From Eledone cirrhosa (taxonomy: Eukaryota), in NCBI GenBank assembly GCA_964016885.1, contig OZ024743.1:377580001-377644000 (forward strand): DNA of 64,000 nucleotides, read 5' to 3'. Positions 39,761 to 53,172 of this stretch are shown piece after piece. Each line of letters opens with the position of its first letter. The stretch's first letter is position 1. The notes beneath the pieces were generated by a model. It made no database searches, was not told the DNA's origin, and was given only the letters and a program-made list of their open reading frames with translations. A program made the position numbers and the translations under genes.

Positions 39761-41392
39761 TCATCATCACCGTTTTACGTCCGTTCTTCCACGCTAGCAT
39801 GGGTTAGACGGGTTGTCCTGTTGTGGGCAGTGTCTGGTTGGCTGACCATGCCTTGCTCATACAGGAACTGATCTGGCTTGATTTCTACAGCTGGATGCCC
39901 TTCCTAACACCAACCTCATTTACAGTGAGTGCTGGGTGCTTTTTCATGGCGCCTACACGTCCACTTTACAGTGTGGGCTGGGTGCTTTTTTGCCGTGGCA
40001 TCTCCACGACCACCTTGCGGTGGGGGGGGGGGGCATATTATTTATATGCTTCAGCATGTACCCATGGGAGGTCGGGTACCCTGTATTACTGCGTGACGCC
40101 AGAAGTCACGGTCGTGTGTCATTGACTTTGAGAGGTGTAGTTGGGTAAGGTCGGCTTTTATCACCTCATCCCAAGTCATCTTGGGTCTCCCCACTCCGCG
40201 GTTTCCATCAACTTCTAGTGCTCTGTACCTTTTTATGCAGCTGTCATCCTTCATACGCATCACATGTCCATACCAGCGTAACCGCCTCTCCTGCACGCAG
40301 CATTTGATTCCTCTTATGCTCAGTCTCTCTCTCAATTCCTTTATGCTTTGTCGTTCACGTATATTACTGTTACACATCCATCGGAGCATGCAGGCTTCGT
40401 TTCTCTCTAATCTACGTAAGTCTTCCACCTTCAGCGCCCAGGTCTCACTACCATGCAACATCGCTGTTCGGATACACGCATCATGCAGTCTGCCTTTCAT
40501 TCTGAGGGAGAAGCTTTTGCAGCTAGCAGTGGTAGTAGTTCCCTAAACTTCTTCCATCCCGTTCTTACCCTAGTTATTGTACTTTCTGAGCACCCACCTC
40601 CGTTGCTAATTCGGTCACCTAGGTAGCAGAAGCTGTCTACTGTTTCTACAGGGCCCTCCCAGAGATTGGTGGTACTTGTTTCATGTGGCTGTTTGCTTGC
40701 TGTTTCAGCACAGCTGCTGCATGTGAATCCTACATTCTTAATTAAGCTTCCTGAGATCCCGCTACATCTCTTGTGTACCCATTGTTTGCATTTGGGGCAG
40801 AGAATGGAGTTCCTACCTACACCTTTCCTACATACTGAGCAAGGCCATTTCCCTGAGGGGATCTGGGTTCTGTTTTCTCGTCTACTTATAAGGACCTTAG
40901 TCTTTGTCATGTTGACTTTGAGGCCCTTTCTCTCTAGTCCCTGCTTCCAGGTTTGGAATTTATTCTCTAGTTCTACCATAGATTCAGCTATGAGTGCGAG
41001 GTCATCAGCATACAGGAGTTCCCATGGGCATCCGGTCTTAAACTCCTCCGTTATTGCCTGCAGGACTATGATGAACAGGAGAGGGCTAAGAACAGAGCCC
41101 TGGTGGACCCCAACCTGTACGCTAAATTCCTCGCTATACTCATTGCCAATCCTAACTTTGCTGACTGCTCCCCTATACATGGCTTCCTGTTCTTAGCCCT
41201 CTCCTGTTCATCATAGTCCTGCAGAGTGGCTTACTTTTAGCTAGGTACTTTTCCTGTAATTGCCTCACAAGGAAGAGGGCATCAGTGGTGCCTTTCCCTG
41301 GTACAAACCCAAATTGCATCTCGTCTATATTCACCCGGTCCCTAATCAGCTGTGCTATAACTCTTTCTGTTACTTTCATGACCTGGTCCACC
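39761..41392 (-). mobile_element. 5'-truncated RTE LINE, sister subfamily with PHD finger
   Basis: DQVMKVTERV..QFGF..GVHQGSVLSP..YADD..CSVCRKGVGRNSILCPKC..LHGSETW; frameshift near 40505; (TCA)n tail at 39761. A second tail copy lies at 41487-41752. Confidence 0.93.
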
Positions 41393-42620
41393 TGTATATA
41401 TATATATATATATTACTATAATATATATGACATACAGTGAGAAATCTATATATTTAGAGATAGAAATATGTCATATATATATATCGTCATCATCATCGTT
41501 TTACGTCTGTTCTTCCACGCTAGCATGGGTTAGAGGGGATGTCTTGTGGGAAGTGTCTGGTCAGCTGACCTTGTCTTGCTCATACAGGAACTGATTCTGG
41601 CTCGATTTCTACAGCTGGATGCCCTTCCTAACACCAACCTCATTTACAGTGAGTGCTGGGTGCTTTTTTACTGTGGCGCCTACATGTCCACTTTACAGTG
41701 TGGGCTGGGTGCTTTTTTGCCGTGGCACCTCCACGACCACTTTGCAGTGGAATGATAGGGACCCCAGACCTATCATCTCATTTCTACAGCTGAGTAAACT
41801 GGAGCAATGTGAAATAAGGTGCCTTGCTCAAGGAAACAACACATCACACTCTATATATATATATAGAAATGTGTCAACGAAGTAAAGTGCTTTTAACTCC
41901 TTACGGAGTTGTAGGGGTGCTGTTGTTCTATCATGCCATTTCTTAGGCATTTTACTCCTGGCAGAGACCATAATTGTGAGAGACAGAGGGGAGGGAGGGG
42001 AGGCGTTAATCAACCCTAGTACAGAAATGGCAATTTATTGACCTCAAAAGGATGAAAGGCAAAGTCGAGCTTGGTGGGATTTGAACTGAAAGCACAGAGA
42101 GCCAGAACAAATCCTGAGGTATTTGTAATCCCTTTAGCATTTAAACTGGCCGTATCCACCCAGAATTCTCTCACCTCTTTCTGTTCAAACTGGCTGTAAC
42201 CAGCCACTCATACTGATGTTAAGGTATTGTCCTTAAATAAATAATATCAAAATCTCACAGATTCAATATTATGTGAGATAATTATGTAAGATAAAGCCTT
42301 TACGATGAAAATACAATAGTATATATAATGTTAAAGGGTTAATCCCTTTAGGAACAAACGTAAATGTCAGTGTTGGGGTAGACAGCAGTGTTTCAATACA
42401 TATGAAGGCAAACAACAAACTAATATAATGGCTAATGGTGTTATGATAAAATGACTCCGTAGAACTTGGGACCTTATGTAAGTGAAATACAGGCCACAGT
42501 TTATCTGAGAGGTTAGTAGCCCTGTTTGAGTACTAACTTGGTCTGTGAAGAGACAGTCAACCTTTGCTAGCAAAGAAAACAGACATTAAATGATGACAAT
42601 GGTAATGATGGCAATGGTGG

Positions 42621-42654
<34 letters not shown>

Positions 42655-43005
42655 GGTGGTGGCGATGGCGGTGGTGATGGAGATGATGTTGATGGTGGTG
42701 ATGTTGATGATGTTGATGATGATGTGTTGATCGGTGGTGGAAGATCATATCTTAGTGTACAATGGCATGGAGCAATGTTTCTGTGGTAGTCATTACTTAC
42801 ATACCACCACCACCACTGACGATCATTATCATCATGGGTCAATACCACTACCACTGACCATCATTAACATCATGGGTCAATCAGTTTGAGTTAGTCAGGA
42901 CTTACATACCACCACCACCACCACCACTGACCATCATGGAGCAATCAAAAGATGACCATGACAGGGATACACGATCTAGATACCAACTCAGAATGTTAAA
43001 AAGTT

Positions 43006-43303
43006 GTAACTAAATACCACAAAACATTTTGCCAGACACTCCAGCACTGCCAATCCACCACTAAATTTCACCATCCTCTGGTAACTAAATACCACAAAAC
43101 ATTTTGCCAGACACTCCAGCACTGCCAATCCACCACTAAATTTCACCATCCTCTGGTAACTAAATACCACAAAACATTTTGCCAGACACTCCAGCACTGC
43201 CAATCCACCACTAAATTTCACCATCCTCTGGTAACTAAATACCACAAAACATTTTAAAAGATGCTCCACCAATACTGCCAATCCAACACTATATTTCACC
43301 ATC
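43006..43303. repeat. 75-bp tandem repeat x4 of SINE 5' head
   Basis: GTAACTAAATACCACAAAACATTTT at 43006, 43081, 43156 and 43231. Confidence 0.93.
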
Positions 43304-43488
43304 ATCATCGTTTTATGTTAGCTTTTTCATGCTAGCATGAAAAAGCTAACATCGCAATCCTTCGTCATCATCTCTGTAAGCTTCAGCAATTTGAGATCAA
43401 CTCTATCAACTGCTCCCCAGGCCTTCCTTGGTCTCCCTCTGCTGCAGCTGCCTTCCAGTGAGATTTCTTGACATTTATTCACCCAACA

Positions 43489-43522
<34 letters not shown>

Positions 43523-45869
43523 ATGTTCATACCAGTGCAATCTTCTCTCCTGCACACTACATCTTATACTTAATGAAATAATTTTTTGTCAATCCTTCAA
43601 AATGTTTCATTAATTAAATGAAGTCCAGTGCATTTCATTAGGAATATAGCCATGAAAGTGTTAAAAAGGAAACTTTAAAATATACAGTGTTATTTAATTC
43701 ATTCTTGTCAACATAATACATTTATGGTTTATTCAATAAAACCTGACTTTATTAATCCCTGGGAAATCTAACATTGAATTTTAATGGAACTTCACTTCCA
43801 ATCTCCCAAATATACACAATAATATTCTCTACTTCATATCATCTGCCATTTCCAATCCAATCTTAGGCTCAACTGTTATTTCTAAGTTAATAGTTGATGT
43901 CAGAACATCAATACAGTCTAAGATCTTCCACAATTCCTTACACAGTTAAATAAACACTTTTACAGTTTGTTTACAACAGATTCAAATTCGGGTTAAGAAA
44001 TATGCCGTCACCACAACACACACAGATTCAAAGACATTAAAACATCACAGTTGCACATTTTAATCCATTTATTACCCAACCCGACCCCCATCACCACAAT
44101 GTGAATAATATGACCTAAATTGTTGTTTTTCAACTGTACTATATATTTTATATGGAATTATATAAGAAATATATTGATTACAGAAAAATTTTAATCGTCT
44201 TGTTTTCAGTGTGTATGCAAGAAGTTGGTTCTATTTATAATAGGCATAAACAATTACAGTTAACCTATTTGATGCCAACACTGAAACAAACCACAGATTT
44301 TATAGGGTTCCTATTTAAATGAAAATCTTCTAATGTATTTTGATATAAGAAAGGGCATCTAGCTGTAAAAAAACCTGCCAAACAAAGGGTCATGAGGTCA
44401 CTTCAGCTGTTTCAAAGACATGGAAACCTCCTTAAGTGTTGGGGCCATAATAAAATGCACTCAGTAGAATGCAGGGAAAGTATGTAAGCAAGATGTAGGC
44501 TACTGGCCCATCTGATGTCTGTAGCTCTGCTTGGGTACTGACTCAATCAGTGAAAACCCAGTGATTCCTTTGTAGCAGGGAAAATGGTTGTTAAATGATG
44601 ATGAACCTTTTATGTTACAAATATTTCTTTAATGATGGTTTCTGATTTAGGCACAAGGCCAACAATTTTGGGGGAAAAGGAAAGTCAATTATATTGACCC
44701 ACAGTATGTGACTGGTATTTTATTTTATTGAGCTCAAAAAAAATTCTACCTTAATAATGAAAAAACTTTAGTAAATCCTTCATTAATTAAAATTAAGATA
44801 CAGTACATTTCATTAAAAATATGGCCACAAACAGGTTAAACACTTTCTTATTGTGCTAAGGGAAAGAAGAGGTTCTTATCAAAACACCGAATCCTGGACG
44901 CTCATGAGAATAAATTTTAAGAATATATATATATAATGGTGGTGCCCCAGCATGGCCTCAGCCTATCGACTGGAACCCATAATAGAGTAATATAAAAAAA
45001 CAAAAAAACGTTATAACACGAACAGCTTATAAAATGAACCAAATATATACTCCAGGAAAGAATAAAAAACATTCTTAAAAGATATAGATTTAAAAGGGGT
45101 ATTTATTTGAAAAACATTTACTAAAAAAAAAGTTTTAAAAAACATTTATTTATAGTTTTAAAATATTTCCTTAATAAATGGATACCTTTGATAATTTTCA
45201 TCAATATTTACAGTATATTTTTTTATGTAAATAATGTTTACCAAATAATTACCCCTTTTATTTTTTTTTATTTTTTTATTATTTTTTTTATTAAAGGTAA
45301 ATTGTGACAAGAATCTTTTGGTGTGAAGAAAAGCATAAAAGTTAACTTCAATATTTTTCATATTTAGTGTGATGGATTGGCAGAGCATCAGATAAAAAGC
45401 CATTATGCTATTTGGTCTTTTTACATTCTAAGTTCAAATCACGCCAAGGTCAACTTTGCCCTTCACCCTTTCGTGTTTGGTAAAATAAAGTAGCAGTCAA
45501 GTCTCTTGTACGACATATGCACAATAATTAGAGACACAGATCGAGATTGGTGAGCCTGACTAAAGCGTCATTTGTAGTATTATAGATTGCCTCCAGGCCG
45601 CCGGGAAAACGTCTGAGGGGCAATCCCAAACAACATACAGCACTGTCCTGGCATGTGTTGTGCGGATCCGATTAAGAGACACCCATTACCTTCTAGGAAG
45701 GTGAAAGCCAGCTGGTTTAGATGTGGGGCCCTGGACAAGGTCTTGGTTGGCAAATTTAGACTCGTTCCATGATCTTCACCTCTCTTCCTTCAGATCAAAG
45801 TTATATCTTGAAGAGTCTTCATTAATTCCCAGAATGGTTTACGTGATTTCAAGCGCATGTTGGGTAGGT

Positions 45870-46450
45870 TTTCCAGGTTTCATGGATGGGAAGGTGGAGT
45901 TTGGACTTGGTGAGATGTGCTGCCTGGCAGATCATCTCCAGACACCGCATGTGAGAATGAACTATATGAGAAAGGGTAGGCAGCCACTGTGTGTCAGATA
46001 TTATTCTCATTGCCAAGTTGAGGATAGTGTCAACTTACTTGGTAAGGCAGCTTTCTGTCTAGACCAGTGAACAGTATTCTGCAACTGAGTATGCAAGTGC
46101 TAAGCATGCATTTCGGAATGTGTGTGCATCAGACCCCCAACTGTTTCCTGCTAACTTGCGGATGATATTAATCTTGGTCTTGGGCTTTCTGCAACTGTCT
46201 TCAAGTTCTCTCAGTAGGTCAAACTGTGATCCAATGTTACACCAAGATATTTGGTGTGTGGTTCATTCTTGACAGGTCTACCACAGAAGGAGACCTTGAG
46301 TTCCGTCCTAGTTTGTCTGGTGCTAAGATGGAAGTGCTGTCACAGAGGTCTTGTTTGGGTTGGGTCGAAGGTGCCAGTAATGGTAGTTCTCCTCCATCTT
46401 CTTCAGGACTTCTGTGAGTTCTGTTGAGTTTGTCAAAGACAGTAGATTGG
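45870..46450 (-). mobile_element. Ingi/Vingi-like LINE RT C-terminal fragment
   Basis: KYLGVTLDHSLTY*..INIIRKLAGNSWGSDAHTFRNACLALAYSVAEYCSLV*. Confidence 0.7.
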
Positions 46451-46669
46451 GTAGCCAAGGCAAGGCTGATTTAATCAACTTTGTCCTTGCTCCAGATTTG
46501 CTGACTTTATGCCTAATTTAGAAATCAATATTTTGTTTTGAACTCCAAACAAGAAAAGTCAAAGTAGCAACAATCATAATTCACAATCTTTTCTTAACCT
46601 CTGACAATTATATTTTATAGTGGTTGAATTACAACATACTTTGATATTATCATCAGTTTTACATTCACT

Positions 46670-46850
46670 TTTCCATGCTTGTGCAGCTTGGACCAGTCCT
46701 TCCCATGATAGTACAGCTTGGACCAGTCTTCTCCATGCCCGCACAGCTTGGACATATCTTCTCCACACCCACATGGCTTGGACATGTCTTTTCTATGATA
46801 GTACGACTTGGACGAGTCTTTTCCATGCCAATGGCTTGGATGAGTCTTCT
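46670..46850. repeat. 30-bp minisatellite (about 6 copies) resembling the RTE terminal motif
   Basis: (G/A)CTTGGA recurs every 30 bp; TTCCATGC..TTGGAC matches the antisense RTE tail. Confidence 0.8.
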
Positions 46851-47375
46851 CCAGTCGAGCATCCCTCCATCTGCCCAGTTTTCTTGCCTCAATGTTTCTC
46901 TACCTTAGTTACCCCTTCTACTTAGAAGTCCCGGCATTTCTTCATCCAATGACTATCATCTTGACAATGATGATGATCAGTGAGTGATGAAGTGCCAGGA
47001 ACTGAGAAAGAGCAGGATTGCTAGAATAGATATCAAAGAGGTTTCAGATACCAGTAATTACTTGCAGCAACAGGCTGCCTGAGGATATATAGGGCAAATT
47101 TGTTAGAACATCAGCTAGAATGCTTTGTAATATTCATTCCGGCCCTGAGTTCAAATCCCATCCAGATCAACTTTGCCTTTCAACCTTCTGAGGTCAATAA
47201 ATTATCTGTCCAGTACTGGGAACGATTCTTCCTCTATATTTGTTCCACACTTCTCTCTCCTTCTCTAGACCTGGAGAGGGATGGGCTCCACCAGGTTAAA
47301 AACAGCCAAGACATGTATATCACTATGGCACCCCTACAACTACATTTGGAGTTAGAGGCCCATGCATGCATGCAT

Positions 47376-47418
<43 letters not shown>

Positions 47419-47729
47419 GTATATATTGATGAAGATGATCATGATATATTAGAATATGGGGTTAACCAACCAGAGATGTGCGGACCACATTACGGTCAGT
47501 CGGTTGTGAAGCAGATAAAAAGAAGCATTCAACGACCTGCATAAATGGTGCAAGCTGGAGCATTATATAAGTTATTATAGTACAATTTTCTTTTCTTCAA
47601 ACAACACATGTTCAGGCATCCCCCTGTACCAAGAGAAGAAAATTTATTTTTCAAGGAAGTTTTTGGATTTTTTTTTTAATTCAAAGATTTTCTTTTTAGG
47701 AACTTTCTATGTTTTCAAGTTTTTATAGG

Positions 47730-47796
47730 TTTTGCCATCTGAAGAGCTCAGGCTATCATAACTGATAGTCCTCAGTGAAATAGGTATAACAGAGTT
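47730..47796 (+). ncRNA. Degenerate minimal hammerhead ribozyme (probable Penelope 3' end relic)
   Basis: CTGAAGA (47739-45), stem II GCTCAGGCTATCA/TGATAGTCCTCAGT, GAAA, TAGGTA, TA. Stem I is mismatched; lies beside a (TA)n tract. Confidence 0.5.
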
Positions 47797-47833
47797 TTAA
47801 ATAAACTTGAATCAACTGATTATGGCCTCCAAT

Positions 47834-47903
<70 letters not shown>

Positions 47904-49494
47904 TATGTAGCCCTCTATTAGAAAAATCAATGGGCCAACAGATAAGTTAACAATGTACTAAGAATGATACCTGAAGCTAACATAGTTTCTATTTTGGATC
48001 AGATGCTCTGAAGAACTTTTTATATTTAAAATAAAAAAAAAAGTACTTTGGCACTTAAAGAAAATTAGAAATGTAATAAAGTGAGAAATGTAGAAAAATA
48101 TGGTTTAAAATGAAAAAGATAAAAGTGTTAACATGGTAAAGATTAAGCTATTTTTTAGTCATCTAATCTGTACAGAGCAGTAACAACAGGAAGGTAAGCT
48201 TGTTCAGTATGTAGTATAAGAGTAAGTAGAAACACTATACTGAATTGCAGTGCAACTAATGGATGGGGAGGACAATTGCATTAGCAGCAGGTTGGGTGAT
48301 ACTGCACCCACTTTCTAAGTATTCGAATTGCATTAACTCAGTAGACAAGAGCAGCAAAATCATGGGGAAAAGACCAGAATCTGATAGAGCAGATCACAGC
48401 AGAATACACACACACACACATTATATACATATTTATATATATATATACATGCACACATATTTATATACATATATTTACATACACACACACTCGCATATAC
48501 TCATACATATATATACATACATATTTATATACAGATATATACATATTCACATATATATATATATACATATACTTCCCAACTAGTGGTTAGGGTGATGGAC
48601 TTACAATTATAAGGTTGTGGGTGTGGTTCCTAGACCTGGCAGTATATTGTCTTCTTGAACAAGATGTTCCATTTCACATTTTTTAAAGATATGAGGCCCC
48701 TCTTTATAACATCCAATAAACTTCCTATGATGCACCCTCATAGAAGTCCAGCTAAACCTACATGGGTGGGAGCTATATATTTCATTTCATTTTTCACACA
48801 CCTATACAGTGTCAGCAGAAAAAATGCACACAGAAAAACAGTTACATAAGACGAAGAGACAACTGCATCTGTACCTTATCAGCCACCTTCTTGTGTGCAA
48901 TTTTGCACATTATACACACAAGTAATCAGTAATACACACCAATAATATTGTGACTACTTCATTTGCAGGACTTAACCCTTTCGATACCTTCTCAGCTGAG
49001 AACACCTCAGATTCTTACACAAACATGAACGTAATTATGAAAAAGTTATTTTACTAAATCCCTTTAAATTCTTGATTATTTTACAAATTTATCTGAAAAA
49101 TATATACACAGTATTTCACAGTAATATAGTCACAAAAATGTTAGAGAGATTTAGTACATCATTTATTACTATCTGAATTAGATGTTCTTCCCATCCAGGA
49201 GGTCCTTTCATTACATTTCTGATAGAATACACTGTATTTGAATTAATGCTGACTAAAAACTATCAGCAGAAGAGTAGCAAGGAGTCATGACCTCGATGCA
49301 ACCCAGCTCCCTTAAAGTGTAAGAAGTTAAGGACCAAAACCTTAGCATGGAAGGTGCTTCTTTTCTGAAGACCTGCTGTCGAGAATTTTTTACAACTATA
49401 TTTGAATTAATCAATGAAGAATTTTGAGGGATTATTTCTATTATTGAGATAGCATTTGTACCATAACGAAAATGTTTTTATATAAAATTGTTAC

Positions 49495-49756
49495 ATTTTA
49501 AGGGTTAAATAGTTCATATTTTAAGGGTTAAACATTTGCTTACATCAAAAAGGTTAACCATTTGCTTACATTAAAAAGGTTAACCACTTGCTTACATTTA
49601 AAAGGTTAAACATTTGCTTACATTTAAAAGGTTAAACATCTGCTTATATTTTAAGGGTTAAACATTTGCTTATATTTCAAGGGTTAAACATTTGCTTATA
49701 TTTCAAGGGTTAAACATTTGCTTATATTTCAAGGGTTAAACATTTGCTTACATTTT
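49495..49756. repeat. 26-bp minisatellite (about 10 copies)
   Basis: AAGGGTTAAACATTTGCTTA(C/T)ATTT repeated, abutting a TTAA MITE. Confidence 0.9.
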
Positions 49757-51439
49757 AACCCTTAAGCTTTTACATTACTCTATATACTTTTTGGTAAAGG
49801 CTTTATCTTACTTAATTATCTCACATAATATAAAATCTACGAAATTTTGATGTTATTTATTTTGAGAACTATATCTTAAAAACATTATGAGTGGCCAGTT
49901 ACGGCCAGTTTGAGCATAAAGAGGTGAGAGAATTCTGGCCAGATACGGCCAGTTTAAATGCTAAAGGGTTAAACATTTAGTCACAGTAAAATTAAAATAC
50001 ACGGTAACAACAGATATAATAGGTTGATTTCCAAATAAACATTTTTTTATATAACAGCAATGGTGCTGATACATTAAGAAGTCAACAGCAGTAAATAGTC
50101 ATAAGATGTTGAACTGCAGCAATCGAAGGAAAAGAAATGTGTGAAGTTAGGTTACATTTTGTAATATAAACTCTATGGATAGAATATATTTCCTTCATCT
50201 TTAAATGTTTTCCGTGCTGTCATGAGTTAAAGGAAACTGCTGAATCATATTTCATACTATGACAAAAAAATGCACAGACTGACATATGATGTGCTAGTTG
50301 TTGTTCTCTCTATGCATCTGATGCATGGTTAACCTTACACACAAGAAATATCTGTCTTGGAGAGTTCAACACGTAAATCAAAGTCAGTTGTTTCTTATAC
50401 TCTCTTCTATTCAATGCAAGAGATTTTTAATGAAGACAGGGGTTTTTTGGGGGGTTTTGTTTTATTTTTTGTGTGTTTTTGTGTGTGTGTGTGTGTTTTT
50501 TTTAATTTTAAAAATAACCTGGGTGTTTGGTTACGTGGAAAAACATTAGTTTAGTCTGAAATAGACAAAATTAAGATAATGGGATCAAATGGAAGGAACA
50601 GGCAGTGAGAAAGAAATAGATATCAACAAAGAGAACGAAAGACTCAGATTTCAGTTTAAAAATACTACAAAAATATTAAGGGGGGACTATTATATTTTTG
50701 TTTCTTTTCTATTACTGCTAATGATTATGAAAGTATCACAGAATATTATTAAATCATTTTTAATCATAAATTATCAGGTTGTGTAAAGTGCATGCAAAAA
50801 AAAAAAAAAAAGGATAAAATAATTATATGGAAAATTATTGGAACAGAACCAATTTAGAGAAAAATAATTCAGTTGTCTAAATTTTTATAAAATCAGGTTT
50901 GTTGCCATCAAAATAATTTGTAATAGAATTTAATTTAGCATAAACGAATAAATAAATAAATAAATGTGGGTAAGGAAGTTAATTGGGATTATCTCCAGCA
51001 GAACAGTCAGAAATACACAAAGGACTAGGAAGAGTTAGGACAGAGAGCTACATGTACAATAGGCTTAGAAAGATATAGGGAAAGATACTGCAGTGAAAAA
51101 GTGAGGCAAATGAAATTCCATTGGTTTTGAAAATTAATTTTCCAGTTGTTCGATCAGCGAAATAATTCACTCATGAATTTAATTTCTAATGTGGCTAAGG
51201 ATTTAACGGAAACATGTACCTTTAACAAACTCCTACATACTGACAACCTAGTCCTTAGAGCTGAACCTGTGGTAGAATTAGAGAAGAAATACCAGATACA
51301 AAAGCAAAACCTGGAATTGAAAGGCCAAGTAAATTTAGAAAAGACATAGTCCTAGTAAGAAAGAAGATGGGGCCTGATCTTCTGAGGCCATTCTCAGTAA
51401 ACAGAAAAAAAAGTAGGAATTCCATACTGTGTTGACATT

Positions 51440-51720
51440 TTCAGGAAGATTTAGCATGACTGTGCAAAATGGGTGGCCCTTTGAATTATGGCTGCAGTCC
51501 ATCCAACAGATTCTGTCTACCCAATTTCAATTACAAGTCTTTGGTCAAATTATATCCTTAAGCCCCTGGACACTGCTATCAGGGCATATTTGGCCATCCT
51601 CAAGTGCGAGCCCCATGAGGTGGAGTTACTGTTTCAACACATCTCCCTTGCCATCCTCCAGGGCAATGCATTCTCCATCCTGTCAACTAGGACCCAGAAG
51701 CGGAGGGCAAGTTAGTATTG
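51440..51720 (+). mobile_element. CRE-like 3' end relic
   Basis: CEPHEVELLFQHISLAILQGNAFSILS matches the C-terminus of the 7.5-8.0 kb fragment. Confidence 0.7.
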
Positions 51721-52536
51721 GTGGAGCATACTCTTTCGGATGGCACTTCCACAACTAAAGTCAAACTGGTAATATAAATATTCTCAACAACAGCAAAATA
51801 TAGTTCTTATGTTTTTTGTTTCCTTCATTAGACAGCGACCACGCTGGGGCATTGCCTACAAAGCCTTTAGTCAGTCATATTGCCTCCAATATATACTTTA
51901 CAGGTTTAGGACTTATTTCATCAATCTCTTAGCATAACCAAACACCCACATATATATATATATAAACACGTGTACACAGCATATTACATTATTTTCCATG
52001 CTGATACCATGGCCATTTACGTTGTATATCAGAAAGAAAAACCACCCACTCCTCAGATAATATGAATGGAATAGCAACAGTGCCCCCTAGATTTATCTAC
52101 ATATGTGTGTGTGTGTGTGCTTGTATGGGAGTAAATGACGGTATTGAGGTGTGCATGCATGTATAGATGTGTGTGTGTGTAAGGCAGGATATATGAGGTT
52201 TAGTGGAAGAATGAGAGAGTGAGTGAGCGAGCGTGTGTACCACATGCATAAATGTGTATAGTTGCATGTATTTGTAGGACAAATAACACATGCACGCACA
52301 AAAAATAATAACTTCAACAATAATAGGAATAATTCTAACATTGGCCAGCAATTTGGGAGGAGGGGAAATTTGGTTTTATTGAATCCAGTATTGAAGTGGT
52401 ACTTTATCAACTCTGGAAGGATACAAGGAAAAGACCGTGATGGGATTTGAACTCGGAACGTAAAGAGAACGTAAAGAGCCCTAAGTAAATGCTACAAAGC
52501 ATTTTGTCAAACATTCTAATAATTCTGCCAATAATA

Positions 52537-52722
52537 ATTGTTTCTACTTTAGGCACAAGGCCAGCAAATACCCAGTGCATTACTGGTCCTTTATTTTATC
52601 GACCCCGTAAGGATGAAAGGCAAAGTCAACCTGGCGGGATTTGAACTCAGATCGTAAAGGGACGTAACTATGCTGGAAAGCATGGCGTCCGACCCTCTAC
52701 CGATACTGCCAATCCACCGCCA
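52537..52722 (-). mobile_element. tRNA-derived SINE, well-preserved copy of the dominant family
   Basis: Minus strand GGCGGTGGATTGGCAGTATCGG (A box)..GAGTTCAAATCCC (B box)..GCCTTTCATCCTTACGGGGTCGATAAAAT (Meta/MESC-domain-like)..GGCCTTGTGCCTAAAGTAGAAACAATT + (ATT)n. Other copies near 12.6, 16.4, 18.8, 19.9, 21.7, 23.1, 27.7, 42.0, 44.7, 45.4, 47.1, 52.4, 58.6 and 58.9 kb. Confidence 0.85.
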
Positions 52723-53139
52723 TGTAATACTTATGGTCGTGTGAGTGTTTTGAGCAAAAAAATATTTCAAATTTTCAATGCATTAGGCGCTGGTTAGCGG
52801 TCTCTCTCTCTTAGCCTGTCTTTTTAGATAGATACATAGCTATGTCACGCCCTTATAATATCTGTATGTCTGGCTGTCTGCATTATGACATTATGAAAAC
52901 ATTGACTTCTCTATCTGTGTGTGTGTGTATATATATATATTGTTCTCATTGCTGACGTATTATCTTCGCCATTTTCCATTCATTGCCAGGGAATGTCTTC
53001 ACAAACCAAAGTATCGTCTTCCTGTTTTCCTTCGGTTGCAACTGTTTTCGAATTATTTACTTCTGTGTTCACAGATTGATTTCAGAAGATCGCGTTAAGG
53101 GTGAAAGCGGCAATTCTTTGCTTAAACTTTAATCTGTTA

Positions 53140-53172
<33 letters not shown>

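Noticed and set aside
52650-52722. tRNA gene
   Set aside because: A/B boxes belong to a SINE head; no full cloverleaf.
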